Source of the DNA: Amphiscolops sp. MND2022
Taxonomy: Eukaryota
Assembly: GCA_964187785.1 (NCBI GenBank)
Contig: OZ076409.1
Coordinates: 52,702,001 to 52,766,000, forward strand
Reading direction: 5' to 3'
Length of the DNA: 64,000 bases
The number at the start of each line of letters is the position of its first letter. The stretch's first letter is position 1. Below the pieces are notes generated by a model that did not search any database, was not told the origin of the DNA, and saw only the letters and a program-made list of their open reading frames with translations. Below, piece after piece: positions 34,471-47,287 of this stretch. A program made the translations under genes and the position numbers.

Positions 34471-36817
34471 GCTTGTTGTTACACATTCTGGAGCTGTACC
34501 ATTGTTCATTCAAGAAACAAATGTCCGGACGATCAGATTACAGCTTTCACTTCTATACGGAAGTGTGTCAGTTTGTGTATTGTTTGCTGTCCCGCACCCG
34601 AAAAATCGCCTCGCTCCCTGAGTTGAATAGTTGGGAGGAGTATATGGATGAGCAGAGAGTCGATGAGTTTGAAAACGTTGCCGCTTCCGACTTTTTGCGT
34701 AATCACTCTTTTGGTGTTGTGTTGCAAGGCCGTAAAGATAGTGATGGCCGATCCTTTCGTGAACAGTGTATTAAATTTTTGGATCGCCTAGTTGATGCTG
34801 TTCTTATGCAGCAGCCTGTAACTGGGGAGTTTTTTTGTGGACTTTATGCCTTTTCTCCTGAGTTGCTGTTGGAGGGCGACGACTATCGCATGTTGGAGCT
34901 CTTCCGAAAATTGGTGCGTGTGTTGGAATCCAGCGGATGCGTCACATCTTTGGAGTCAAGGACTGTCGTCGAGGAGTATTCGACTTTTGTTGTAGATGCC
35001 CGGAAACGTCATATGGTCGGTGGAAGTAGCGCTGAAGATATATCTGATGTTAGGCAGCATTTGTTGTCGGATTATAGTTTCCTGTCACAAAAACCTCTGT
35101 GCCGCGTTTTCAAGTTATGCTGCTTGGTCGTCTTGAAGCCCCGTAGTGGCTTCCCTGTCGATATTGTGCCTACTCATTGTGAAGTGCCGGAGTGGGTGGT
35201 GGCCACATGCGTGAGTGGCGCGCAGAGTAGTGTTTCGTCTAGCGATTTTAAATTGGGTACTTTCTTCACCAAGTTCACTATGAATGAAGTTCGGGATTCA
35301 ATTGACGCTGCTCAGACGTTCATGTCGCAAGCGGACTTCGATCCATGGGCAGGAATCTGTGGTGGTGGTGGTCAGGCTGCTTTTGTGGAGCGCTACACAG
35401 ATTTATTCAACGCGCGGTTGAGTCGCAAAAAGAGCAGAGTTTCCCAGCAAGTTAGTGCTTATGATGAGTCCAGTCGGGGTGTGCAGCCTGGTGGCGACGA
35501 TGGTGTTTCTGCTGCTGTTCTTTCTGATAGTGCTGCTTCAGCGGTATCTGCACCTCCTGTATCTACGTCAAGTGGCTCGAATTCGTTCAGACAGAGCAAA
35601 ACTCCTATTCATAGCAGTTTAGCTTCATTACTGGGGCGAAAGAAAGATGCGTCGAAAAGAGTAGTCAAGTCGTGAAGAAATCCAAGAGGGAGTCTACGAA
35701 ATCTGTTACCAAGTGTGGGGGTTCAAGCTCGAAGAAAAATTGAATGTCCCCTTTTAGACTGTTGTCAAACTTTGTCGTATCGTAGACTTTGTAGTATAGA
35801 TTGTATTATTTGTTTGTTTCTATGTTTGCATATTAGTAGCAGGAAAACCGGACGTATAAAGTTCGGCTGGAGTTAGTCAGGTTGAGAAAAAGAAAAGAAA
35901 GGAAAGAAAAAAATTCCCAGGCCGTAGTATGCCTATAATTGAAAATCGTCAGATCGGATCGGTCTGGACTCCTGATATTATCTTTTTCTTTTTAGTGAGT
36001 CGTAGTCATAGCGTCAAGTCGTCTGAAGTCGGGATTCGCATTAGGTTTAGGATTAGATAGCAAGTTATATTTTGCTATTTTCCTCGGATTATATCCAACA
36101 ACTGTAGGCGGTGATCTTGGGGGAATAGGTGGGCTTTCAGTGAGGGGAGGGCGGCGTATATACGGGTTATCCCCCACGTCTGTAGTAAGGTTTGAAAAAT
36201 CCGGTGACGGTGGTGCCACGTCATGCGTGTCTTCATTTTGATTGTCTGATATTTGTTGTGTGATCGTGTCGTCATCTGTGTTCACCACCTCTTGTGTGAC
36301 TATTTGCTGATTGTTTTCTGCACTTCTTGTCACTTCGTGTTCGTCTATTTGTTTGGCAAAATCCATTTCCCACGATACGGCATACCATTCATTGTGCGAC
36401 ACTTTGACGTCCTGATCAGGAAGGTATTGATTTGTTCGTACTGTGACGTCGGGCAGTCCTTGTTCTGGCACGTAAGGACGTATTCTAATCCGATGTAACG
36501 ACTTTTTCTTTAGGGTTAAGGTCAATTCTCGATAAGAAATCAGCAGCGATGTTTTGCGTTCCTGCTACGTGCATGATGTGAAAATTGAATTGTAGTACGT
36601 AGCCACACGCGTTCCATAGAGTAAGGGGAATAACTTTTGTTTGGAAAAACCTCGTTACTGATCTGTTTTCAGTCATTACAAGAGTTGGTAGGGTCGTTTC
36701 CCACAACATGTGGCTGTATTCTAAGAACGCGTGGTAGATTGCCAGATATTCTTTGCAATAAATTGACATTTTCAGTTGCGCTGGTGAAAATACTTTTGAT
36801 CCAAATGCTACAGGCGC
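34471..36817. repeat. Tandem duplicate of 30612-34472 carrying a 1.5-kb internal deletion
   Basis: 34473-35675 repeats the antisense last exon; 35992-36500 repeats the IN tail; junction at 36500/36501 skips the equivalent of 32645-34155. Confidence 0.92.
34473..35675 (+). pseudogene. Duplicated, 5'-truncated last exon of the antisense accessory gene
   Basis: Near-identical to the 30557 ORF from LLHILELY onward. Confidence 0.9.
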
Positions 36818-39426
36818 AAAAATTTTCTTTTTGGAATTGAGTTTTTTGTCGTTTTCTTCTTCGATCATTAACGCATATCTTGAGGCGCGAAAACTAGCAT
36901 CCGTCATTAGGACGTATTGTCGTCCTGTGATTGGTTGTTTGAGGGCTAGTCCACATGCTTCCGCTAGCGCTGCGTTGATCGCTTTGTAGTCTAGCAATTC
37001 TTCTGTGACCTTGATTTGTTTGTCTGCTTTCAGTAGCTCGTAGAAGCCGAGTAGCTTTTCTGATAAACGCGGGATAAAATTGCGGTAGTAGTTGACAAAG
37101 CCTATGAATCTCTGTACTTGTTTCTTTGATTTCGGGAATCGTACATTTGCAAGAATTTCTGGATTTTGTGGCCTTGAGGGGCGATTCTTTGTGGGGTAAT
37201 CGTTCTTCCAAGGAATTCGACCTCGGTCACTCCGAAGTGACATTTGTCGATGGATAGTTTGAGTCCTGCTTGTCTGATGCATTCGAAGACAGCTCGAATG
37301 TTCCGTATCAGTTGCGTCACGGAGTTGGCAGCTATTCCGATGTCGTCTAATTATTGCGCGCACTGGTCAGCCTTGATTACCTTGTCCAAATATTCTCTCA
37401 TGAAACTAGAGATGCTGACAGAGCTCTGCTCAGTCCTTGTGCCAGTCGTTTGTAGGCGAACGTTCTGCTTGCAAAGTTGAACGCTAGCATTTCGATTGAT
37501 CTCTGGTCTGCCATTTGTAGACAGTGGTATGCTTGGGAGCAATCTAATTTACAGAACAACTTTTTCCCAGCTAGGTGTTGAGCTGCGCCCGACAGGGTAC
37601 TGACTGGGTGGTTGTTGTTGAGATATCAGTGCGTCAGATATCAGTGCGTTGGTTTTTCGCAGGCCAACGATTAGACGTAGTTTACCATTTAGTTTACGTT
37701 GTGCAAAAATAGGACTGTCATATTTTGAAAATGGTAATGTACTGATTATGCCATACCTATGCATGAGTGCCAGTTCGACTGTTAGGTCTTGTTTGAGGTT
37801 GATCGGTACTGGTAGACTCTGTGTATATATGGGTCGTTCGTCTTTTGGCGTCAGTTTCACTTTGAAGTTATTATTGATGCCGATGTCGAGTCTGTGACGC
37901 GCAAAGATGTCGTTGTATTCAACTATCGTTTGCTCTAGTTGTTGCTTGTCATTGCCTTCAATCTGTGATCCTTCCTATTTGAACATATCGAGGAACTCTT
38001 TCCTTGATTCTGGATCTTTGGTGGGGTCGAGGTGTTCTTTCTTCATGAGTTCTGTGATTTCTTTTAATATTCGCCTTTGTATTGGCGTGTGTTCATCTTC
38101 ATTTCCTGGGTTTTCGGGTGTTGGGAACCAGAGGTTTTCGTCATATTGTTCGTTGTTTGTGGATTTCATGAGTTCATTTACATACATGTGCGTGTCATCT
38201 GGGTCTTGTAGGGTGGTCAACGTTGCAACGTCTACAGGTCGTATTTGTTTGGTGTCCTCTGGCCTCAGGATTTGCAGTTCTGCCATTTTGGTATGTTTTT
38301 TTATGGTGTGCGGGAGATCTGTCAAGTTGGCTATTCGGAGATTGATTCGTTTGTTGTGAGCTGTGGCTAGTGCTGGTGCGACAATGATGGTGGCTGTTTC
38401 ATCGAACTGTGGTAGTGGTTGTACTGCCCCTGTGATGTCGATTGCATTGGTGGTTATTACTATTGCATTTACGGTTGTTGTTTGTTGTGGTAGCAACGTC
38501 TGGTTCCCTTCAGCTATGATTTGGAGAGGTTTGGGGTTACAGTTTTTCTTTTCATCTGTCATGGCTAATGTCATTTCGACGTGAGGGACGGTGATGGCCC
38601 CGTTGGCGGTATCTATCACTGCTTGATGGTTTCTCATGAAATTCAATCCGATTATGGAGAATGACGTCTTTGATAGTATGACAAAGGTGTCAGTGAACGT
38701 GTAGGTTCCGATTTTGAATTGAATGTCGGCTGTGGCGATAGGTTGCTCCAGTTGTGCGTTGGCACATTCAATTTTGAAAGGAGGTTGTGGGTACTCCTTT
38801 ATGACACAATTATTGCTGTTCATTTTAATGGCGTTGTAATCAGACCATGACATGGCATTGATGAACGCTCCTGAGTCGACGAGGCCGTCCGTTGTTAGTT
38901 CTCCCAATTCCAGTGGCAAGTAAACCATTCGTCTTCTGTTCTTGAGGACTATTGTTGAGTTTAGATGTATATAGGTATCCCCGTCTCTTTCGGTTATGTA
39001 CTCTTTGATTGGTTGAGCGCGGTGGGGAAGTCGTTATGGAAGATAGATAACTTGGTAGTTTTGTGAGTATCTTCATCAGTCGTTTGTGACGGGAGATTGT
39101 CGTCGTGGGCGTTTTCATTGTTGTCTGTTTGTGTTGTAACAGAGAGTTCCTTGGTATTGGTGGTTGGCTGAGAGAATGGATTTGTGTGATTTTGATAATT
39201 GCTTCTATAATCTTGATCTTGCAGGAATGTTGTTTCCTGTTCTTTTTCTGGGGGTGGTCTCTTTATGGAGGCGATGGCTAGTTGCCTCAGGCAGGGAATT
39301 TTCTGTTGGAGTACCAGTGCATTCTGCTGTTGTGTCGGTTGTGTATATGGTACGGGGGTCTTCTGGTGAATACGCCCTCGCGTCTACTGTTTCCCCAAAG
39401 CGCAGGCGCGGCGTAATTAGTTTTTT
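35992..39426 (-). pseudogene. pol: Element B pol (protease, RT, RNase H, truncated IN tail), frameshifted
   Basis: LVDSGA protease (ORF 37975-38928); RT fragments with *LDD replacing YLDD; FIGFVNYYRNF, LMTDASF; integrase core deleted in this copy. Confidence 0.92.
39417..39426 (-). promoter_or_regulatory. -1 ribosomal frameshift site A AAA AAC TAA (element B)
   Basis: Same TCAAAAAACTAA as A, followed by a GC-rich potential stem (GCCGCGCCTGCGC...GACGCGAGGGCG). Confidence 0.75.
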
Positions 39427-40448
39427 GATTCATTTTCTGGTTGGTTCGTTGGTTGTGGGACAGAGGTGTCCATTTTATACGTTCTTGTGTGTTGTGACGC
39501 TTAGGGCGTGGGTCGTTGGCAGCATTGGCTCCGTTCCAGCAATCTTCTGTTTTGTGGGGTTTGCCGCAAGTGTCGCATTTGGGTGGTTTGCCTGCACTGT
39601 GGTTGCTCGGGACGTTGTTTTTGCGGGTTTGCGTCCATTTGTTCCTCTTCATTTTACGGCATTCAGCTTTATAATGTCCAAATTTATTACACTAAAAGCA
39701 GTACCCTTTTTTAGTGGTCTGAGCGGTAGTTTCCGCGGTTTGGGTTCAGTTTTTGTTTGAGCGGGTTCGATTTTGTTCAAGGGTACTAACGTTACCTCGT
39801 CTGGTGCTCCTAGTCCATTCAGACGCATTTCTCTCTCTAGGTGGAGTACTATGTCGTTGTAGGGTTTGTCTTCGAGGTATGCGCGGTTTAGTATTTTCTG
39901 GACATGGTCTGGCATTTTGGCGTATATAGCCTTGTCTATGAACTGCTGCGCCTCTGATCCAAAGGCTTCTTTTGCAGTTTTCTGGAGTACATCCAGAAAT
40001 TCATGGAGGTTTTGTGTCGAGGGGTCAAATTTTAGCGCGTCCCATTCACATCTAGCCTTTGCCATCGACAGGTAGTCCCCAAATCGTCGTTTGAATATCG
40101 TCATAATCTCGTCTAGTGAGTCTTTCTTGGAGTCTTCGATGTTGCAAAAGGCTTGTAAGGCATCTCCCCGGAGTAGGGAGTGGAAGTAGTTTATCTTTTG
40201 TATTTCTGTAAGGTGCGGATACATTTTGGTATTGTTCCTAAAGAGATCTTCAAAGAGCTCGAATTTTTCTGATTTCCCGTCAAAAAATGGGAGTGACGCC
40301 GTTAGAGCTTTTGGCATGGGTAGCGTCGTGGTGCTACTTTTGTCTGGGGCGAACAAAGTTCGCGCTGCTGCTGGGCGTTCTTTTGACGGAGGTTGGTTTT
40401 GAGATCGGACCTTTGTTCTCTTGGGTTGATTGGTGGAGTCGTTTAAAA

Positions 40449-40460
40449 CTCCTGTCACCA
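40449..40460 (-). promoter_or_regulatory. Primer binding site TGGTGACAGGAG (element B)
   Basis: Adjacent to the LTR edge where LTR-LTR identity ends. Confidence 0.92.
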
Positions 40461-42790
40461 TGTTACGACATATATCCTGGTCGTTTTGTGTTGAATTTAT
40501 CCTAACTGATCTAGTAGGGATGTAGAAACTCCTAATTTCATTTTCCATCCCCTCTTCAACGTTCTCTCTTGTTTCGGGTTTCAAGATCTTCATCATTTCC
40601 TTTTGCGATTCAATTAAGAGATTCTTAATCTCGGAGGTGATTTCCTCCTTCAGAGATGCTCTCAAACTTTCTAGAAGGCTATTTTCAATCCTGGGGGATT
40701 TTGGTTTTGAAGGCCCCGCGGAACTAACGTCTTGTTCTGGAAAACAAGGATCCTCTCCTACTACTGGTGAAACGAAACCATCACTTACATTTTCACTATT
40801 TTCCTGTTGGAAGTTCTTTCTCTTCTGACTTCGAGTTGTAGACATTTCGATGTAGAAAAGATTTTCTGATGGATTGAATTTCTTTTCAAGGTTTTCAACA
40901 AAGTTGAGTTAAAATGAGGTTGAGACAAGCAAGTTTGAAACAACTGATTATCGCAAGAGGCAAAAGACTGAGTCCCTTAATCATCAAATTTCACCGTATT
41001 TATACCCTCCCAGCATCATTTGATCACGACTATAATCCCTAATTTTCCTCGAACAATTAGTCATTTCCTGTTGTACCGATGGAAAAATCACAATGTTCTC
41101 AAATTTGCGTCGACATTTCGTCAATTTTTAGGACACGGCAAATTTAAACTAGCATTAGTCATCAAACATGATCATATCATTTTATCCCGGCGTCCTTTTG
41201 CTTCCTCCCAAGCAGCAAGTAGATATTACTTCAGTCTGTCAAACCGGAAATGCTTCCCTGTTTTACTGCTTTGGTTCGCGGGAAATTGACGATAAGATGA
41301 CGCTGACGTGAACAACAAATACTTGATTTTGAAATTCGGTTTGATCAAAATGCTATGACTAATCCCAAAGCAGGATTATTTGAATGATGCTAAGACGAAT
41401 ATTTTATGAATTTGGACTCATTCTTTCGTCGGGAATAGAATTAAACATCATGGTATTAAAATAATACACCATTAACAAATTTGTCATGTCGCGATAAGTG
41501 CGACAAATTTCACAAGAGTAACAGCAACTTTTGTTTGATACCAACAGCAACAAAATGAGTTTAATGAATAGCAACAGTGAACTGGTATTAAAATATGATC
41601 ACAATCATAATTACAGAATAGCATCTGAGATCGTCGGGTACAAAAATGCAAAATATATGAAAATACATCTTTTGTACAAATTACATTTTAGTTGAAGACG
41701 TAAACTGTGACTTCCTGTTAGTTCTGCTATGAAATCTTTTGATAAAAATAGCTTATGCGAGAAAATTCCCTTATTATTGAAAATACATGACGATTAATTG
41801 ACGTGGATTTGAATTATCCTATGCGTGCCAAAAATATACCTTAAGTCAGAACTTTAAATCGCGGAATATTTGCAATACACTTGTTTTACAATCTGAAATA
41901 GCCTGCAATTATCTCTCCCTAGGAAATAACGGCGTTAGTGCGACGAAAACGTGGCTGAATTCAGCGAATTCATTCATTTTATTCAATTTCATAAACTTGT
42001 CAGCGTCATGTTGACGAGTTTTCTTGGCAGAATTTAAGCTTCATAAACTTTTCAACGTCATCTTGACGAGTTTTCTTGGCAGAATAGAGATTTTGACTAG
42101 TTTGACGCAATGCTGACGAGTATTTTAGAAATGAGTATCTCGCTAGCTGCCGGAGCAGTGACGTCACAGTGGCGGTAAATTGGAATGATTTCTAGCAATG
42201 CTATTAGTATAGGCGGAAAATTGGAATGATTTCCTGGTACGCGTATGCGAGGCAGTGACGTCAATTGGTATACCTTCAAACTTGTTTGCGTTTTACTGAC
42301 GACAAATATACATGTATTCTTATTTTCTCCGCTGCCTTGTTTACTAATTGCTATTCAAAGAGTAATTAAGCTGCCTTTCTAAGAAAAGGCTTAATCCTTT
42401 CGGTGTGCCATCTCAGAGTATTTTCCATTTTAGATCTGATTGATGTTCTTTTTGGGAGATGACTTTGACTATGCTTTCATTTAGATTGGGCTATGGTTTT
42501 CTTATTTCTAAGCGTGTTTTAATTTAGTTTTCAGGTGGCGGATGTTATTGATTTGACGTGGCAAAAGCGTCTCAACCGGAAATGTAAGATTCATTTTAGC
42601 ACATTCATTCTTTTAACTAGCTTCATTTGAAATTTCCGTTGATCAGACGTAATTTTGTTTTCTTAGTCACAGTTTATTTATTAGTTTTAATAATTAAAGT
42701 AAGTTTTTTCGAACCTCGCGGTGCAGCCGTGGCCTCTCCCGAAGCCAACTCTTAAACACCCACAACCCAGTCCAGGAGCGGACTGTGACA
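40461..42790 (-). repeat. 5' LTR of element B (2330 bp)
   Basis: Direct repeat of 24496-26855; TATAAAT on the minus strand near 40998-41004. Confidence 0.95.
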
Positions 42791-45139
42791 ATCGTTCCTT
42801 ACGATTATTGCTATTTGTAAAAGCTTGGAAGCTAACCCCTTATCAGTTGGAACAAGTCAAAAAAAAACATTTTAGTAGAAAATGAGCGCAGCTGTTACAG
42901 TGGCTAGTTTTTTTCGTCAGATAACAGAACGTATGCTCAGTGAGCAATTTTCACAAAAACTATTGGAACCGGTCAGCAGAAACGCTACAAAGTTAGGACA
43001 AAGGGTTTCATATTTTCTTTTTTACCGTAACATAAGAAACTGGACGAGACTAAAGGGTAACCCCTTTCGATTTTTCGGCTGTTATTCCGGGGGTGTTAGA
43101 TCCTATTTTAGTGATATTTAGTAGGTATTTCATTGGTTTTAGATGTTTTTCTAATTGTTGTAATGATTGACCAGTAATTTTATAGTTTGGAGTAACTTTT
43201 AGAATCTCAATAGCTTTCAACTTAAGGTTTTTCTGACGCTGCATTTTTCCAGAAATCAAGCAGTTGGTCGCAAATTTTTCCTGCCGTCTCGGGCTTCTTA
43301 ATAAGATTCTTCTTGCTACCTTTGTACAGCGACAGGTTTTATAAATGTACATATTGATACGTGCATAAATGTACAACAGCGCAATTATGTATACATAAGG
43401 TTATACATGACATATAACATAAGCAAGGTAACTTGTGAAAGTCAGTTTTGTGAGCTAAGTCCCGTTCTTGTTATTCTCCGAAGCCCCTTGTTTAATTCGA
43501 CCTCAGAATTGTTGTGGAATCTCAGAATATGTCAGTTCTTTAAATTGGCACGTTCGAAGTGTAACGTCAGGCAATCGATGTTACAAAATTTCGATGAAAA
43601 AATCGAAATGTGCGGTATTAAATAAGCAGATTCAATATGGCCGACCTGGCAGATACGAAAATCGTAGAACCCAAAAAACGTAAAAACAGACCACCCCGTA
43701 GTCCCCGACACCCGAAGGCACCCCAAAGAGGCTGAAAAGAGCGAAACCCAGTGTGGTGCCATATCATCCAGGAAAATGTCGGAAGAGACCCTCCAGAATC
43801 ATGGTGCTACCTGTCAGTGGATCTTTGCAAGAACTCCGGAACCTTCTTGAAGATGCCCGAGGAACTCTTAGTAGTTAATTTCATTGTTATCAATGTTTTT
43901 GGCAGATTTGTTATGAAATTGGATCTAGCAGATCGCAATTTTGCTGATTTTAGATCTAATTCTGCAAATATAATGTACTTTTGCTGAACACCGTTTTTGG
44001 ACCTCGGAGGTATGTAGAGTGGCAGGAACGTTAGGAACCTTAGGATACGTTTTTACAGGCTTGTGGGACGTGTCCGGACTTTGAGTGCGCCGGCATGTTG
44101 CCACGGAGCTTTAACTGAGGAGCCTCCTTTGACGTTTGAAAAAGTCCCTTTTAGGAGACCATTTCGGGATTAAGAACTAATGTCTAGGGCTGTAGTAAGA
44201 CAACGGTCTCCTGTTTAAACACCCTAGGCATTATCCCACTTCTATGATGTACTCTGCTAGGTGCACGTTACAAAGCTACATGTATTGGTAAATTATTTTG
44301 ATATTCAAAAAATCCAAACTGTTCATTTCTCTAGAAATTACCAAAAATTTTAGGAAAATAGTTAGTCAGATTTGAAATTTTCAGACTTCTAGATCAATAC
44401 TAAATTGAAATCGAATGAGCCGAGGTGTTGAAAACCTAAAAGAAGCCGAAAACTGATGTTCTAAATCTAACAGTAGACAATAATACAAAAGAATGACCAC
44501 ACGAGTCATTAATTAGCTTACGAAATTTGTTCACTTTCTATTTTTTTACGCGTGCTAGTACGTTTTTATTAATAACTCCTCGTACTTCATTATTGCGACT
44601 TGGACTGGTTTTACAAAAAGGACTCGTTGAATTTCGAACCCACTTAGGAGATGTATACCTTATGAAGTGAACTCAATTATTCAGGACTAATTCAATTGGA
44701 AATTCTCCAGAAGTCTCTCCAAGCCACTTGCTAACCAAGAAGAAAAGATTGATTTCCATAATTCTCCCAGCATAAAGTGGCAATTATTCACCCAAGGCGT
44801 CAAATCAAGCTGAAATTATAAACTCGGGCAATATTTTACTTGAGGAATTTCTTTTGGAATAACAATTCGTCATAAAAATTATATATCAAATCTATATACC
44901 AAATATACATATGTATACATATGATTTGATTGTAGTCTGTCAAAAATTGAAATGGAGCCATTTGCAACCGTCTGGAGATTTTCCGCCATTGTAAAAAACC
45001 GTTCAAGACCTTGAGTACAATGTATGTTATATATGATCGTAGGAAAATATCAACATATAAGTACAAACATAAAATTAATATAGCACCTGAAAAGGCTTCC
45101 TAAAATCACAGAGGCAATTCGAGGGAAAACCTTTTAAAA

Positions 45140-47110
45140 CAGTTTTTTTGTTTTCGTTTTTATTTTTTTACTGAGGCAGAGGTTGACTTTTATTGAACAG
45201 TTTCCATCTATGCAGCCAAAAACTTCTAAGTGTAAATGAGATCAATTAATTAACCATTACAAAAAATTTAAAGATCTGCAATTTGGTCGTAGAACTTTTG
45301 AAAAAACTTTCCGTGCATTTCGCTTAACAGTTTTGGTATCTGGTTGAGTGAAAACTTAAGAATCTCGTAGATATGATGCTCAAATACTGTTCCGATTCTT
45401 AGATCTTTGATATTTTCTGTAACGCTGGTCCTGATGGAAAGCCTTATGGCTATCCTAATTAACGTTTTTGGAGCACGAAACTTTTGCCTATACAGAAGGA
45501 CGCCATACTGAACAAGAAGTGACATAAATGATGGAATATATTGTAATAATTGTATTTCGTTCAACGTTGCCCTTAATTTGTAAAAAAATTCCGCTATGTT
45601 GCGCTAGTTTGGCAGTAACTTGATTATTATGTTCATCGAAGTTCAATTTCTTATCGAAATGTATGCCCAAGTATTTGTAACTCTCGAAAGAGTAAATTTC
45701 ATGATCCCCAATTACTATGTTCGGATGTTTCACTCATCTTTCCTCAAAACGACAAACTTCGTTTTCGCGTAATTACAATCCAAGTGATTCATATTTGCCC
45801 AGCTTGGAAACAAAAGTTTATCCTCGGACTGAGTGCTCAGTTTCGCGATCATAACTCTATCATCAGCATATTTTATAACTCCGCTCTGCCAATCTTCATG
45901 TACGCCCAGATCATTGATATAAACAAGAACGGAATGAATGAGGGCCTACTATAGATCACTGCGGGATTCCACGTTTTACTTATTTCATGGTTGAGCATTC
46001 ACTTTCAATTTTTACATACTGAAACCTATTTGTTAAGTAACTCGTCAAGAGTTTATGAGAAAAACCTCTGATACCGACATCATTCAATTACTTCAATAAA
46101 ACGCTATGATCAACTGCATCAAATGCTTTCCTTAGATCAGCAAAAACACAGTTTGTTTGACTTTGTACCTCCAATTTGCTTCTGTTTGTTTGAAAAACGA
46201 TGTTGCGGCTCGGACAGAATCTTTCTTTTTTTCTGATCCCGTATTAATTTCCTAAAAGAATTCCAAGTTTTTCAAGATAGTTCATCAATCTTTCATGTGT
46301 TACTTTCTCGAACAGCTTTGATAAGTTACCCAGAATAGAAAATGACCTGTAATTGGAAGGTAAGGTAGTTTATCCGGCTTCAAAAATGGGTAAGATTTTA
46401 GCAGTTTTCAAACTTTGAGGAAACATGCCTGCATATATGCATTTATTGAAGGCAGTGTCAGATAAGGACTAACAATTTGTAATGCTTTCTTCAAAACTGC
46501 TACCTCAATGCAATGCATCCGAATGGATTTTTTGTTTTTTCGATGTCGAAATGTGTTTCAAAACTTCATCATCAGTAACTGGACGGAGGAATATTGATTG
46601 CGGTTATTCAGCTTGCTGACTTTTCCAATGAGAAGTTAAGATAGTGTCTGAGGTATCAACAGCAGTTATGAAGTAATTATTGAAATATTCAACAGATAAG
46701 TCACCACATTTTGTCACTTGATCGCTAGTGCCTTTCACTTGTTTACATATCTAAAATCTTCTTTCAATTTATTGTGGTCAGCTTTAGTTTGAATTTCTTT
46801 TCGCTTTGCTTTTCTGATTTCCATATTGACTTCATTTCTTTTCTTCTTGTATTGATAGTAATCTTCATTTGATTTTGTTTTGATCCTTAACTGATATTGT
46901 TTATCTCTGTTTGCGATGCGTCTTTAATACGATTTGTTATCAAAGATTTTTTGGGTTCACGTCTTTTCCCTTTTCGACTAAATTGAAGCTGTTTGTTATT
47001 TTCCGACCCACATTTTCAATGGGGACGAAAATCATCATCTGTGTTGCGTTTTTTCCCAAATTCTGCCAAATCTCCACGCTAAATCACTTAACTCACCACT
47101 GTAGGCGGTG
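45140..47110 (-). mobile_element. Decayed 5'-truncated non-LTR retrotransposon (CR1/L2-like LINE), RT region
   Basis: Minus-strand remnants NYRSFSILGNLSKLFEK, VFADLRKAFDAVDH, KYADD, YKYLGIHFDKKLNF; many stops; A-rich tail near 45142-45170. Confidence 0.85.
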
Positions 47111-47188
47111 AGTCAAGTAACTATGGTGGGAATTAAGACCCACAAGATTATTAAGTGGGAATGTGGGAAAATAGGATTAAGATCCAAA

Positions 47189-47287
47189 GGGAATAAGATC
47201 TAAAATTTCAGAACGGGAATAAGATCTAAAAGGAATAAGATCTAAAATCACTAAATTTTAGATCCTATTATTTAGATCTTATTCCCT
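47189..47287. repeat. Inverted array of GGAATAAGATCTAAA motifs (MITE-like)
   Basis: Three direct copies followed by inverted TTTAGATCTTATTCCC. Confidence 0.6.

Larger units (their letters stand above)
39417..40845 (-). pseudogene. gag: Element B gag (ORF 39649-40845 plus frameshifted zinc-knuckle C-terminus)
   Basis: FDGKSEKFELFEDLF block; CDTCGKPHKTEDC knuckle in ORF 39287-39652; homologous to A gag. Confidence 0.9.
24496..42790 (-). mobile_element. Ty3/Gypsy LTR retrotransposon B, 18.3 kb, with accessory cassette and internal duplication
   Basis: LTRs 24496-26855 and 40461-42790 (TG...CA), TSD ATCAT/ATCGT, PBS, gag, pol. Confidence 0.95.

Noticed and set aside
39164..39760. 198-aa plus-strand ORF
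   Set aside because: Antisense shadow of the gag/pol junction with no equivalent conserved in element A
43690..43760. Hammerhead ribozyme (CTGAAAAG...GAAAC)
   Set aside because: Core deviates from CUGANGA and stems I-III could not be formed
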